A stretch of 64,000 bases of DNA from an uncultured Candidatus Saccharibacteria bacterium (GCA_964549935.1 CAZJVT010000001.1:283922-347921), one strand, 5' to 3'. Shown: positions 1 through 8,681, numbered from the stretch's first letter. Made by a program: numbers and translations. Notes: a model not told the origin generated them from the sequence alone.

Positions 1-1341
1 AGTTGGACGCCGGCGAGCGGCTCCCGCGGTGTTTATGGAATTCAGTTTTACGCGACCGACGGCCGCGCAACGAGCGAACCGCTTGCGGTGACCATCGTCG
101 TCGACGGTGGCAGCTCGACTCGTGTCGTGCTTGATGCCAGTGGCGCGACGCTTGCCAGCTACACCGCCGGTATTTATAGCGTCTATGGCACGCAAAGCAA
201 CTCGACCCGCGCTCCATACTTTACGACTACGCCGGTTACGACCGTCTACCCGGGCCAGACTTACATCTATGATGCAAACGCAGTCTCGCCGAGTGGCGCG
301 CAGATTTCGTACTCATTGACCGCCGCTCCGTCCGGCAGCTACGTCAACAACCAGAGTGGTCGCGTTTCCTGGGTTGTTCCGACCAATGTCTACAATGGTC
401 AGCAGTTTAGTTTCATCCTTGTTGCCTCAAACGGCAGCACCTCGGCGACCCAGGGCTTCACGCTTACGGTGAGCGGTGCGCGCACTGCGTCTTCAAACAT
501 TCAATACGTATACACGCAGCCAAAAACGACCTACGTTGCTGCACCGGTACAGCAGGTTGCTACGACTCCCTCCTTCGTCGAGACTTCGGCGGGCAAGCAA
601 AACATTCAGCCGATTTACTCCGGCAACTATGCCGTGTATTACCCGGGCGAGACGGTGGTGATTAACACCGGTCGCACGATTCCGACGTTGCCGGTTATCT
701 CGGCTTCGTATGGCACCAGCTACGCCGCTAACGTCTACGACACGATGGGGGTTAACGCGTTACACGCTTTTAACCTGGCAGTTCGTGCCGGCGAGAAGGG
801 GGATATGATCATCAGATGGGACACCAACCGTGCTTCTAAGGCAGAGGTTGTCTATGGCTATGTTTCACACGCCCGCACGGACGCCTGGAACATGATTTTG
901 AACTACGACTTTACAACCGGCGAGATGGAGACGGTTTCGACCAAGCACGAGGTCAGCCTTGGCAAGCTGCAAATTGGCCGTACTTACTATCTCCGCATTA
1001 TCTCGCGCGACAATGCGCAGACGGACATCAGCCGCGAGATTACCTTTATCCCGATGGCTACTGACCAGGGTCCGGCGGTTGTACAGGGTGAGGGTGCCGC
1101 TTCGGCTGCCTCGACGGTTGGCGGATTCTTTACCTCTAATGGCTTCCTCGGCTTCGTCGGTCTCGCCGTGCTTGCACTGCTTGGCTATGTTATCTACCTC
1201 GGTTTTGCCGGCGGCAAGACCGCAGGGGACTCGCTGGTGATGCCGGAGCTTCAGCTCTACGATACGCACGATACAAATGGCCACGCGCCGGTTAGCGGCA
1301 ACGGTCATCTGGCGAACGGTCACGACACTACTCATCACTAA
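1..1341 (+). CDS. Surface/secreted protein with Ig-like (He_PIG/cadherin-like) and Fn3-like domains and a C-terminal TM anchor; 5'-truncated by the window
   Basis: Frame is open from base 1 (SWTPASGSRGVYGIQFYATDG...). Contains the He_PIG-like segment YSLTAAPSGSYVNNQSGRVSW, the Fn3-like WDTNRASKAEVVYG...HEVSL...YYLRIIS and a hydrophobic helix near the C-terminus. Confidence 0.75.
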   Translation, partial: SWTPASGSRGVYGIQFYATDGRATSEPLAVTIVVDGGSSTRVVLDASGATLASYTAGIYSVYGTQSNSTRAPYFTTTPVTTVYPGQTYIYDANAVSPSGAQISYSLTAAPSGSYVNNQSGRVSWVVPTNVYNGQQFSFILVASNGSTSATQGFTLTVSGARTASSNIQYVYTQPKTTYVAAPVQQVATTPSFVETSAGKQNIQPIYSGNYAVYYPGETVVINTGRTIPTLPVISASYGTSYAANVYDTMGVNALHAFNLAVRAGEKGDMIIRWDTNRASKAEVVYGYVSHARTDAWNMILNYDFTTGEMETVSTKHEVSLGKLQIGRTYYLRIISRDNAQTDISREITFIPMATDQGPAVVQGEGAASAASTVGGFFTSNGFLGFVGLAVLALLGYVIYLGFAGGKTAGDSLVMPELQLYDTHDTNGHAPVSGNGHLANGHDTTHH

Positions 1342-1366
1342 GCCCATCGGACGAATCCAATGCAAT

Positions 1367-1396
1367 ACAAAAACTGCCCGCAAGGGCAGTTTTTGT
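1367..1396. terminator. Intrinsic terminator (bidirectional form)
   Basis: ACAAAAACTGCCC-GCAA-GGGCAGTTTTTGT. Confidence 0.85.
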
Positions 1397-1444
1397 TTGA
1401 AGCATGTGTTGGGGCGGTGGGGGTACAAGGGGACCCCCGCGCGG

Positions 1445-1600
1445 TCAGTACGAGGCTTCGATGGCCTCGCACAGATAGATGACGTGGAACGCATGCACTG
1501 CCAGCAAGATCTGCTTGCCGCAGAGACTGCAGGAAACGAAGATCACCGTCATCTGGTTCGGGCGCCTCCTGGCGTCCTTCGGGATCAGATAGAACCCCAT
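1445..1600 (-). CDS. Small 51-aa hypothetical protein with CxxC/His/Cys (possible Zn-binding); not in ORF track
   Basis: AAGGAGG SD upstream of the ATG; MGFYLIPKDARRRPNQMTVIFVSCSLCGKQILLAVHAFHVIYLCEAIEASY*; GC hairpin downstream. Confidence 0.55.
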   Translation of the reverse strand: MGFYLIPKDARRRPNQMTVIFVSCSLCGKQILLAVHAFHVIYLCEAIEASY

Positions 1601-1660
1601 GGGTGCTACCTCCTTCATAGTTAGTGTGCGCTTCTTAGAAAATTTTGCAAGTTAGGTAAA

Positions 1661-1692
1661 ACTAAAAAATCCGCGTGAGCGGATTTTTTAGT
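1661..1692. terminator. Bidirectional intrinsic terminator
   Basis: ACTAAAAAATCCGC-GTGA-GCGGATTTTTTAGT. Confidence 0.85.
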
Positions 1693-1762
1693 GGGGGATA
1701 AAATTGTCGAGCGGGGCCAAGAACGTCTGGCCCCGCGCGCGGCAGAACTCCAGGCTTTCGCC

Positions 1763-1942
1763 TTAGCGTTCTGCGTTGGATTCGGACTTCGTCGGCGCAC
1801 AGTCGTCTTCCGGGACGAAGCGCCAGTCCCATCCATGGATCTGCAGTGCGAGGAGTTTGGGCATACGCCTGCTTCCCGCACCGCCTTGAGCTGTCGTGCC
1901 GGACTTTACTTCGCCGGCCACTGCGTTCTCTTCGTTCGCCAT
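1763..1942 (-). CDS. Small 59-aa hypothetical protein; not in ORF track
   Basis: GGGAGG SD before the ATG; MANEENAVAGEVKSGTTAQGGAGSRRMPKLLALQIHGWDWRFVPEDDCAPTKSESNAER*; TATAAT on the minus strand at 1984-1989; 3' hairpins. Confidence 0.5.
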   Translation of the reverse strand: MANEENAVAGEVKSGTTAQGGAGSRRMPKLLALQIHGWDWRFVPEDDCAPTKSESNAER

Positions 1943-2094
1943 TCCGGACCTCCCAACCCTGGAACACGGACAATGTCAGATTTATTATAAGCTATGCTCG
2001 GTCCTTGGGGGAGTGGAAAACTTTATGTTTAGGGGTGTATAGTTATAGATGGTGCTGCTGTCGGTGGTCGACAGCGACTCCCAGGGAGGTAACC

Positions 2095-2610
2095 ATGGAT
2101 GCGAGCGAAGTTGGCGTGATGGTTTCGCAAGACCTGCCACCGCTGGAGCTGCTGCCGACTCTCGGAGAGTGGCTCGCGGCTCCTCTGGACAAGTACCCGT
2201 GGCCGAAGAGCTCTTGGTTCGTTCCGGTGGCTGATGTCCGGGTCGTCTACGAGGACGGAATCGCGGATGGTCGGCAGGTCCGGAACGTTCGCAAGATGTG
2301 GGTGCACGGGCTGGCGGAGGTCCGCGAGAACGTCCCCAACAAGGATCGCTCCTGGCACGTCGAAGTCCGACTGGCCAAGGAGGGTGGTTTCGGCGTCGTC
2401 GTTCATCAGACGCTGGAGCTCCACGCCGCCTCGGGGAACAAGGCTCCCGACCAGAACAGCTTCTGTCCGGTGACCGGCTTCAAGCGGGAGAACGGCGCCA
2501 CGATCCTGGTCGTGGACCTTTCCGAGTGGAGGCGGATCATCGATGACGCTCGAGATGGTCTCGGGCAGAGTGAGCCTGGAAGTCCGAAGCAGATGAAGAA
2601 GGCAGGGTAG
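2095..2610 (+). CDS. Hypothetical protein, 171 aa, GC-rich
   Basis: GGGAGG SD before ATG 2095; candidate -10 TATAGT at 2038-2043; about 65% GC in sampled lines; hairpins at 2611-2680. Confidence 0.65.
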   Translation: MDASEVGVMVSQDLPPLELLPTLGEWLAAPLDKYPWPKSSWFVPVADVRVVYEDGIADGRQVRNVRKMWVHGLAEVRENVPNKDRSWHVEVRLAKEGGFGVVVHQTLELHAASGNKAPDQNSFCPVTGFKRENGATILVVDLSEWRRIIDDARDGLGQSEPGSPKQMKKAG

Positions 2611-2758
2611 CTTCCTGCAGGCGGCCTCAAGGCCGCAGCGAACGGGGACGGGGTCCGCAAGGATTCCGCCCCCGGCCGATTTCTAGAAAGACAAAACCTC
2701 GCTATTTCTACAAGAATATGGGGGGTTTTGTCGTTTCTCGTGTGGTAGTGTCTGGGGC

Positions 2759-2787
2759 TTGACAAATTCAAGAAAGGGTGCTATAAT
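2759..2787 (+). promoter_or_regulatory. Consensus sigma70 promoter driving a leaderless transcript
   Basis: TTGACA-17 bp-TATAAT with extended TG; ATG 8 nt downstream. Confidence 0.85.
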
Positions 2788-2795
2788 GTACCTAT

Positions 2796-4043
2796 ATGAA
2801 TAAATACACGAATTTCAAGGTGTTTATAGCGTTTTTTGCTGCTTTTACGGCTATTTCTGCTGTTTCAACCGCCTCTGCCGCGGTCTATTATGACCAGCTC
2901 GGTCAGGCGCACTATTATGATACCTACGAGGTTCCGTGTGGTCAGTACTACCCGGCAACCGGTTGTGGTACGACTGCTTACGGTTACAATACTGCTTCTT
3001 ACGGCTACGGTTATAATACCGGTGCTTCGTACTACCCGAATCGTCAGCCGGTGATTTTCTCCAGCCCGATTCGTGAGGCTATCGACGGTCAGTCGTATGT
3101 TGCCGGTATCAATGCTTCAGACCCGGATCATGATCAAATTACGTATGCGCTTGTTTCCGGTCCGTCCGGAATGTACATCGATGCAAACACCGGTATGCTC
3201 CGTTGGAATCAAACCTCCGGTAAGGCCGGCCGTAACTTTACGGTCACTGTTTCCGCGACCGACGGCCGCACTGCTCCGGTGACGCAGACCTTTACGATTG
3301 CTGTCCGCGCTTATGGCGTGAATGGTCTTTCGACCGGCAGCTCGTCTAACACGAGCAGCGGTGGGGCGGGTTCGAAGTCGACCGGCTACACCGGTTCGAT
3401 CTTCAGCTCTTTGTTTGGCGGTAGTTCTGCTTCGAAGGACATCGTTATTAGTAACGTCAACGTCGTCAGTGGTCCGAAGAATATCAACGACACTAGCGTC
3501 GCCAACTGTAACGTGTATGTTTCCTGGAGTACGAACGTGCCGACCGCCGGTCAGGTGGTCTACGGTCCGACCTCGCAGCAGAATGTTGCGAACTACGCCT
3601 ACCCGCAGAGTTCACCGGAGGGCAATGCGTATGCCAAAGAGCACCAGGTTAAACTTGGCTGCTTGGGTGATGCTACCGCCTTCTTCCGTATCGTGACCTT
3701 CTCGTCAACTGATCGCGCCGCAAGTGCGGAGTACACGGTCTTCCCGATTAAAATCGCGACCCAGATTCCGGACTCGGTTAATTACAGCGGTAGTGCAGTT
3801 TCTACGATTAGTGACAGCAACTCCATTTGGAGCCAGTTCCTGAAGTTCATCTTCAACCCGCTTGTCATTATCGTGCTGCTCATTGTCGTGATCTGGTTTG
3901 TCGCGCTGCGCACGCTTAAATATTTCAACGGCAAGGCTAAGCGAGTAAAAGACGCGCAGGCTGCTGCGACTGCGGCTGCTCACGCTCCGGCTCCAGCACA
4001 CGGACCGTCAGCCGAGATCCCGATGCTGCAGGTACCTCATTAG
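2796..4043 (+). CDS. Surface protein with signal peptide, He_PIG-like Ig domain, Fn3-like domain and C-terminal TM; paralog of 1..1341
   Basis: Signal peptide (...ASA); ASDPDHDQITYALVSGPSGMYIDANTGMLRW; WSTNVPTAGQVVYG; C-terminal hydrophobic helix. Confidence 0.8.
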   Translation: MNKYTNFKVFIAFFAAFTAISAVSTASAAVYYDQLGQAHYYDTYEVPCGQYYPATGCGTTAYGYNTASYGYGYNTGASYYPNRQPVIFSSPIREAIDGQSYVAGINASDPDHDQITYALVSGPSGMYIDANTGMLRWNQTSGKAGRNFTVTVSATDGRTAPVTQTFTIAVRAYGVNGLSTGSSSNTSSGGAGSKSTGYTGSIFSSLFGGSSASKDIVISNVNVVSGPKNINDTSVANCNVYVSWSTNVPTAGQVVYGPTSQQNVANYAYPQSSPEGNAYAKEHQVKLGCLGDATAFFRIVTFSSTDRAASAEYTVFPIKIATQIPDSVNYSGSAVSTISDSNSIWSQFLKFIFNPLVIIVLLIVVIWFVALRTLKYFNGKAKRVKDAQAAATAAAHAPAPAHGPSAEIPMLQVPH

Positions 4044-4173
4044 AATCGTTGAACGTGTAACTTGAAACGTAGAGCGTAGGAATACATAAAGAAAGACAAG
4101 GCCTGGGCCGGCCACGATGAGACCATCGGGCCGGCCCAGTGCATTTCTAGTCTAAGTACGCTACTCTATCACT

Positions 4174-4908
4174 ATGGAATCAACGATTGAACCAAAAAAA
4201 CCGAAGTACCCGATGCGTATCAACAAGTATATTGCCGAGCAGGGATATACGACGCGTCGTGGTGCCGATGCACTCATTGCCGCAGGCAAGGTGTATATTA
4301 ACGGCCGTCAGGCCGTGCTTGGCGACAAGGTGTCGTTTGGCGAACAGGTAGAGGTCAACACCAAAGCTGTCAAAGAACATCAGAAGGGCTTTGTGTATTT
4401 TGCATACAACAAGCCGATTGGCATCGTCACCCACAGCGCGCAAAACGGCGAAAAAGAAATTTCCGAAGTCAGCGGTATTGCCGGCGTGAGTCCGATTGGC
4501 CGACTTGATAAGGACTCGCACGGATTAATTTTGCTTACGAATGATGGGCGAGTGACGGAGCGACTTTTGTCGCCGGAGTTTGATCACCAAAAAGAGTACG
4601 CGATTAAAACAACCAAGCCGATTAAGCAGAGCCAGGTTAGTTGGTTGATGCGTGGTGTAAAGCTGGAGGACGAATACATTACGAAGCCGGCCGAGGTGCT
4701 TTTTGACGGCGATTACGCTATGCGCATCGTGCTGACTGAAGGTAAAAAGCACCAGATCCGCCGTATGGTGACCGCTGTTGGTAATGAGGTTAAGGACCTA
4801 AAGCGCGTCCGGATTATGAATATTGAGCTCGGCGACTTAAAGCCAGGCGAGAGCCGCCAGATTTCGGGTAAAGAGCTCAAGGAGTTTTTGAAATCGATTG
4901 GATTGTAA
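4174..4908 (+). CDS. rluF: 23S rRNA pseudouridine synthase, RsuA/RluB/RluF family
   Basis: N-terminal S4 domain (RINKYIA...RRGADALI), catalytic GRLDKDS, EGKKHQIRRM. Subfamily assignment is less certain than family. Confidence 0.8.
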   Translation: MESTIEPKKPKYPMRINKYIAEQGYTTRRGADALIAAGKVYINGRQAVLGDKVSFGEQVEVNTKAVKEHQKGFVYFAYNKPIGIVTHSAQNGEKEISEVSGIAGVSPIGRLDKDSHGLILLTNDGRVTERLLSPEFDHQKEYAIKTTKPIKQSQVSWLMRGVKLEDEYITKPAEVLFDGDYAMRIVLTEGKKHQIRRMVTAVGNEVKDLKRVRIMNIELGDLKPGESRQISGKELKEFLKSIGL

Positions 4909-4912
4909 ACTA

Positions 4913-4941
4913 TTGACATTTTTTTGGTGTGAGCGTAGATT
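4913..4941 (+). promoter_or_regulatory. sigma70 promoter for the downstream non-coding unit
   Basis: TTGACA (4913-4918)-17 bp-TAGATT (4936-4941). Confidence 0.7.
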
Positions 4942-4946
4942 GGCTA

Positions 4947-5400
4947 GGCACAAGTTGGAACAACTGCGGGTCCGGCGAGAGGGCGAAACCTCGTTAGTAT
5001 GCCCTGAGGTCGGTGTTCCCGTGGAAACGATGAGCAGGCGAATAAGCGTCTTGCGTGGTGTCGATGGTCCCTCGACGGAGGATAGCCTGAAGCGCTGCGT
5101 TCGATGTCTGAAGTCGTTTGCGCTAGAGTAGCGTAAGCTGGGGTACGATCGGCCTCTATGAAGGGATAGCACGTTGTTCAAAGGCGCAAGCTCGAGAATG
5201 TCGTCACTAACCTGCCACTGAGCGGTGGCTATATAGAGAGCAAAAAAACATCTTTCGGTGGTAAGCAGCGATTGAAGTTTGATCGTGATAGCTTCGCTGT
5301 CGAGAGAATGGCTACCCTGAGGAGCTCTTGATCTTCGTTTATCCGACGAGTGCAGCCAAGGGGCTCCGACGCGCAAGCGACGGGGCCCTGACTGCATTTT
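4947..5400 (+). ncRNA. Candidate large structured ncRNA of unknown class
   Basis: Has its own promoter, many hairpins with GNRA/UUCG-type loops and a terminal long hairpin plus T-run; no credible ORF. Confidence 0.55.
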
Positions 5401-5428
5401 TGACCATTTACTTAAAATCTGATATAGT
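5400..5428 (+). promoter_or_regulatory. sigma70 promoter for the ABC-F gene
   Basis: TTGACC-17 bp-TATAGT. Confidence 0.65.
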
Positions 5429-5502
5429 TAATTAACTGGCAAAAGCCAGTTTTTGTTTCTCGTATTGAACGTTACAAGTTACACGTTTTACGTTACACGA
5501 CT

Positions 5503-7023
5503 ATGCCCCCCAAATACGACCACGGCGACGTTATAATCCGCTTTTCAGATGCCTCGTTTAACTTCGGGGAGAAAAAGCCCATCTTAGATGAGGTGAGTTT
5601 TAGTTTGCGCGAGGGTGCAAAGATGGCCTTAATGGGTCAAAACGGAGCCGGTAAGACCACCCTGTTTAGTCTGATTTTAGGTGAGCGACCGCTCGAGGAG
5701 GGCGAGATGCACATTCGCAAGGGTTCAACTATCGCTATCGGCCGCCAGGTTATCCGCCCGGAGGAGCGCACGCACACCGTTCGTGAGTTTTTCGAGGGCG
5801 CCTTCCCGGGCAAAAAGATTTACGACATTGAACCGCGCATCGAAGAGGTATTGGAGATTGTTAACCTGCATGCGCCGCTTACCCGTAAAGTAACGGAGTT
5901 CTCCGGCGGTCAACAGGCCCGTTTGCTTTTGGCGAAGGCGATTATCGCCAAGCCGGACATTTTGCTTTTAGACGAGCCGACTAACAACCTGGACCACGCC
6001 GGCATTGAGCATCTCACCAAGTTTTTATTGGATTACAAAAAGACCTGTATTATCATCTCCCACGACGCCGACTTTTTAAACGCGTTTACTCACGGCGTGC
6101 TGTATCTCGACGTGCATACCCACAAGCTGGAGCAGTACGTCGGTAACTACAAAGACGTGGTCGTCGAAATCGCCGCACGTATTGAGCGTGATCGACGCGA
6201 GAACGCCCGTTTGGCCCGCGACATTTCCAATCGTAAAGAGCAGTTTAACTTTTTCGCACAAAAGGGAGGTCACATGCGTGACGTCGCCCGCAAGATGCGC
6301 GAGAAGATTGAGGAGCTCGAAGAGGACGTCGTTGAGACCCGCCAGGAGGACAAGACGATCGCCGAGTTCGGCATTCCGGCGCAGGACTTCGACAAGATTC
6401 AGCTCGAACACACCGGACCAATCGTTCGGATCACCAGTGTCAGCATTATTCCGCCGCACAAGCCGGGAGCGGTCGCCAAGACGGCCAACAAAAAAGTTGA
6501 TTTTGCGCTGCGCCGCGGCGACAAGTTGTTTATTAAGGGTCCAAACGGTATTGGCAAGAGTACGTTCTTGAACGCAATCGCAAACGGTGAGGCGAAGGGG
6601 GTGGAGATAGTTCCGGGTGCGCGTATGGGTTACTACCGTCAGGACTTCTCGGGATTAGACTTCGACAAGACGGTTTACAAAACCTTGGCCGACGCAGCTT
6701 ACGATTGCAGCGAGGCAGAGCTTCGTTCTATTGGCGCTCGCTTTATGTTGCCACACGAAATGATGCAGGTAAAAGTTGGTGCCTTGTCGGAGGGGCAGAA
6801 AGGTTTACTCGCTTTTGCGCAGCTCGTGCTCATGAAGCCTGGCGTCCTCGTCCTCGACGAGCCGACTAACCACATCAACTTCCGCCACCTGCCGGTTATC
6901 GCTCGTGCGCTCGACCGCTTTGAGGGCGTGCTTATCTTTGTTAGCCACATGCCGGAGTTCGTGAAGGAGATTAAGGTGACGAATGAGCTAGATCTTGGCG
7001 GTTTGATCGAGAAAAAGGCATAG
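5503..7023 (+). CDS. ABC-F family ATPase (two NBDs, no TM domain)
   Basis: Two Walker A motifs (GQNGAGKT, GPNGIGKS), two DEPTN motifs and an inter-NBD linker. Confidence 0.9.
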   Translation: MPPKYDHGDVIIRFSDASFNFGEKKPILDEVSFSLREGAKMALMGQNGAGKTTLFSLILGERPLEEGEMHIRKGSTIAIGRQVIRPEERTHTVREFFEGAFPGKKIYDIEPRIEEVLEIVNLHAPLTRKVTEFSGGQQARLLLAKAIIAKPDILLLDEPTNNLDHAGIEHLTKFLLDYKKTCIIISHDADFLNAFTHGVLYLDVHTHKLEQYVGNYKDVVVEIAARIERDRRENARLARDISNRKEQFNFFAQKGGHMRDVARKMREKIEELEEDVVETRQEDKTIAEFGIPAQDFDKIQLEHTGPIVRITSVSIIPPHKPGAVAKTANKKVDFALRRGDKLFIKGPNGIGKSTFLNAIANGEAKGVEIVPGARMGYYRQDFSGLDFDKTVYKTLADAAYDCSEAELRSIGARFMLPHEMMQVKVGALSEGQKGLLAFAQLVLMKPGVLVLDEPTNHINFRHLPVIARALDRFEGVLIFVSHMPEFVKEIKVTNELDLGGLIEKKA

Positions 7024-7085
7024 TTTTGTCTAGGCCGGGTTAGGTATGGTAATATTTGGGTCCTTAAGGCTGTAGTACATTAATC

Positions 7086-7886
7086 ATGGATAATATCATT
7101 GAAGTTAAGAATTTAGTTAAGAAGTTTGGTGATTTTACGGCGGTTTCGGATACTACTTTTAATGTAAAGCGCGGAGAGGTTTTTGCATTTTTGGGCCCTA
7201 ACGGCGCCGGTAAGAGCACGACGATTAAGATGCTTACTACGCTCTTAAAGCCAACGAGCGGCTCAATTACGATTGATGGCAACGACCCGCAGCACGAACA
7301 GGACGCTGCGCGAAAGATGTTTGGTATCGTCTTTCAGGACCCAAGCTTAGACGACGAGCTAACAGCACTTGAAAATATGGAGCTTCACGGTGTACTTTAC
7401 GCCGTGCCGACCGAGCTGCGTCACAAGCGCATAGAGGAGATGCTGGGCTTCGTTGAGCTTTGGGATCGTAAAGATGATTTAGTTAAAACTTTTTCCGGAG
7501 GAATGAAGCGTCGGTTAGAAATTGCGCGCGGGCTGCTTCACCACCCGAAGATTTTATTTTTAGATGAGCCGACTATCGGCCTCGACCCGCAGACTCGCAA
7601 TCACATCTGGGCCTATATCGAAAAGCTCAACAAGGAGGAGGGTATGACCATCTTCCTGACGACTCACTATATGGACGAGGCGGACAAGATTGCTAACACC
7701 GTCGCGATTATTGATCACGGCAAAATCATTTCGATTGGTTCCGCGACGGAACTGAAGACGAAGACTAACACTAAATCACTCGAGGAGGCGTTTTTGTCGC
7801 TGACCGGTCACGCGATTCGTGAGGAGGAGAGCAGCACCAAAGATCAGATGCGTATGCACCGCAGAATGTGGGCGGGGAAAAGATAA
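7086..7886 (+). CDS. ABC-2 type (DrrA-like) exporter ATP-binding subunit
   Basis: GPNGAGKS, FSGGMKRRLEIA, DEPTIGLDP, TTHYMDEA. Confidence 0.9.
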   Translation: MDNIIEVKNLVKKFGDFTAVSDTTFNVKRGEVFAFLGPNGAGKSTTIKMLTTLLKPTSGSITIDGNDPQHEQDAARKMFGIVFQDPSLDDELTALENMELHGVLYAVPTELRHKRIEEMLGFVELWDRKDDLVKTFSGGMKRRLEIARGLLHHPKILFLDEPTIGLDPQTRNHIWAYIEKLNKEEGMTIFLTTHYMDEADKIANTVAIIDHGKIISIGSATELKTKTNTKSLEEAFLSLTGHAIREEESSTKDQMRMHRRMWAGKR

Positions 7887-7931
7887 GAAACAGTGAATTT
7901 ATAATAATTAATAGTTAATAATTTATTGTTT

Positions 7932-8681
7932 ATGGAGATTTTATACATTCTCTGGCTCCGTCAGCTCAAGCGCTACTTCCGCTCTAAGGCGCGTATGATC
8001 GGCTCACTCGGGCAGCCGCTGCTTTTTATGATCGCCCTTGGGTTTGGTTTTGGCCCGATTTACGAAAAGGCGACTGGTGGTGCTAACTACATCAACTTCC
8101 TGGCTCCGGGTATCATCGCGATGGGTATTCTGTTCACTGCTGTATTCTCCGGTATCGAAGTTATTTGGGATAAGCAGTTTGGTTTCTTGAAAGAAACGCT
8201 GGTTGCGCCGGTTTCGCGTTTTCAGATCATGCTTGGCCGCACGCTTGGCGGAGCCACCGTCGCGACGCTCCAGGGGATTATCGTTTTCCTAATGGCCCTG
8301 TGCGTTGGATTCCGCCCGGACAACTGGCTGCTGGTACCGGTGGCGTTTGTTATTATGTTTTTGATCGCACTTGTCTTTACGGCCTTCGGCACGGCGCTCG
8401 CCTCACCGCTTGATGATATGCAGGGTTTCCAGCTGATTATGAACTTCGTCGTCATGCCGACCTTCTTCCTTTCCGGTGCGCTGTTTCCGCTCGCAGGACT
8501 GCCGGGGGCAATCTCAATCATTTCCGCTATTGACCCGCTCTCATACGGCGTAGACGCTCTCCGCGGTACGCTCTCCGGCGTCTACCACTTTGGCTTCGGT
8601 GTAGATATCGCCGCGCTGCTTGTGGTGGCCGCTTTGTTTGTCGGTGTGGGCAGCTACTTGTTTAAGAAGATTCAGATTTAG
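7932..8681 (+). CDS. ABC-2 type permease (DrrB-like)
   Basis: About six TM helices; FLAPGII, GFLKETLVAPVSR, FFLSGALFP. Confidence 0.9.
   Translation: MEILYILWLRQLKRYFRSKARMIGSLGQPLLFMIALGFGFGPIYEKATGGANYINFLAPGIIAMGILFTAVFSGIEVIWDKQFGFLKETLVAPVSRFQIMLGRTLGGATVATLQGIIVFLMALCVGFRPDNWLLVPVAFVIMFLIALVFTAFGTALASPLDDMQGFQLIMNFVVMPTFFLSGALFPLAGLPGAISIISAIDPLSYGVDALRGTLSGVYHFGFGVDIAALLVVAALFVGVGSYLFKKIQI

Noticed and set aside
1621-2094. Track ORFs 1621..1881, 1662..1973, 1691..1990 and the 5' extension 1846..2094
   Set aside because: They run across terminators or promoters; the SD-led frames 1763..1942(-) and 2095..2610(+) are better supported.
4837-5397. ORFs 4837..5397(-) and 4898..5131(+) over the structured region
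   Set aside because: They overlap the pseudouridine synthase gene, have no start signals and have Arg/Ser-rich, non-protein-like composition.
4947-5400. Assignment as RNase P, tmRNA, SRP, group I/II intron or hammerhead
   Set aside because: Hallmark motifs were not found on either strand; CTGAGGA near 5317 lacks a correctly placed GAAA partner.
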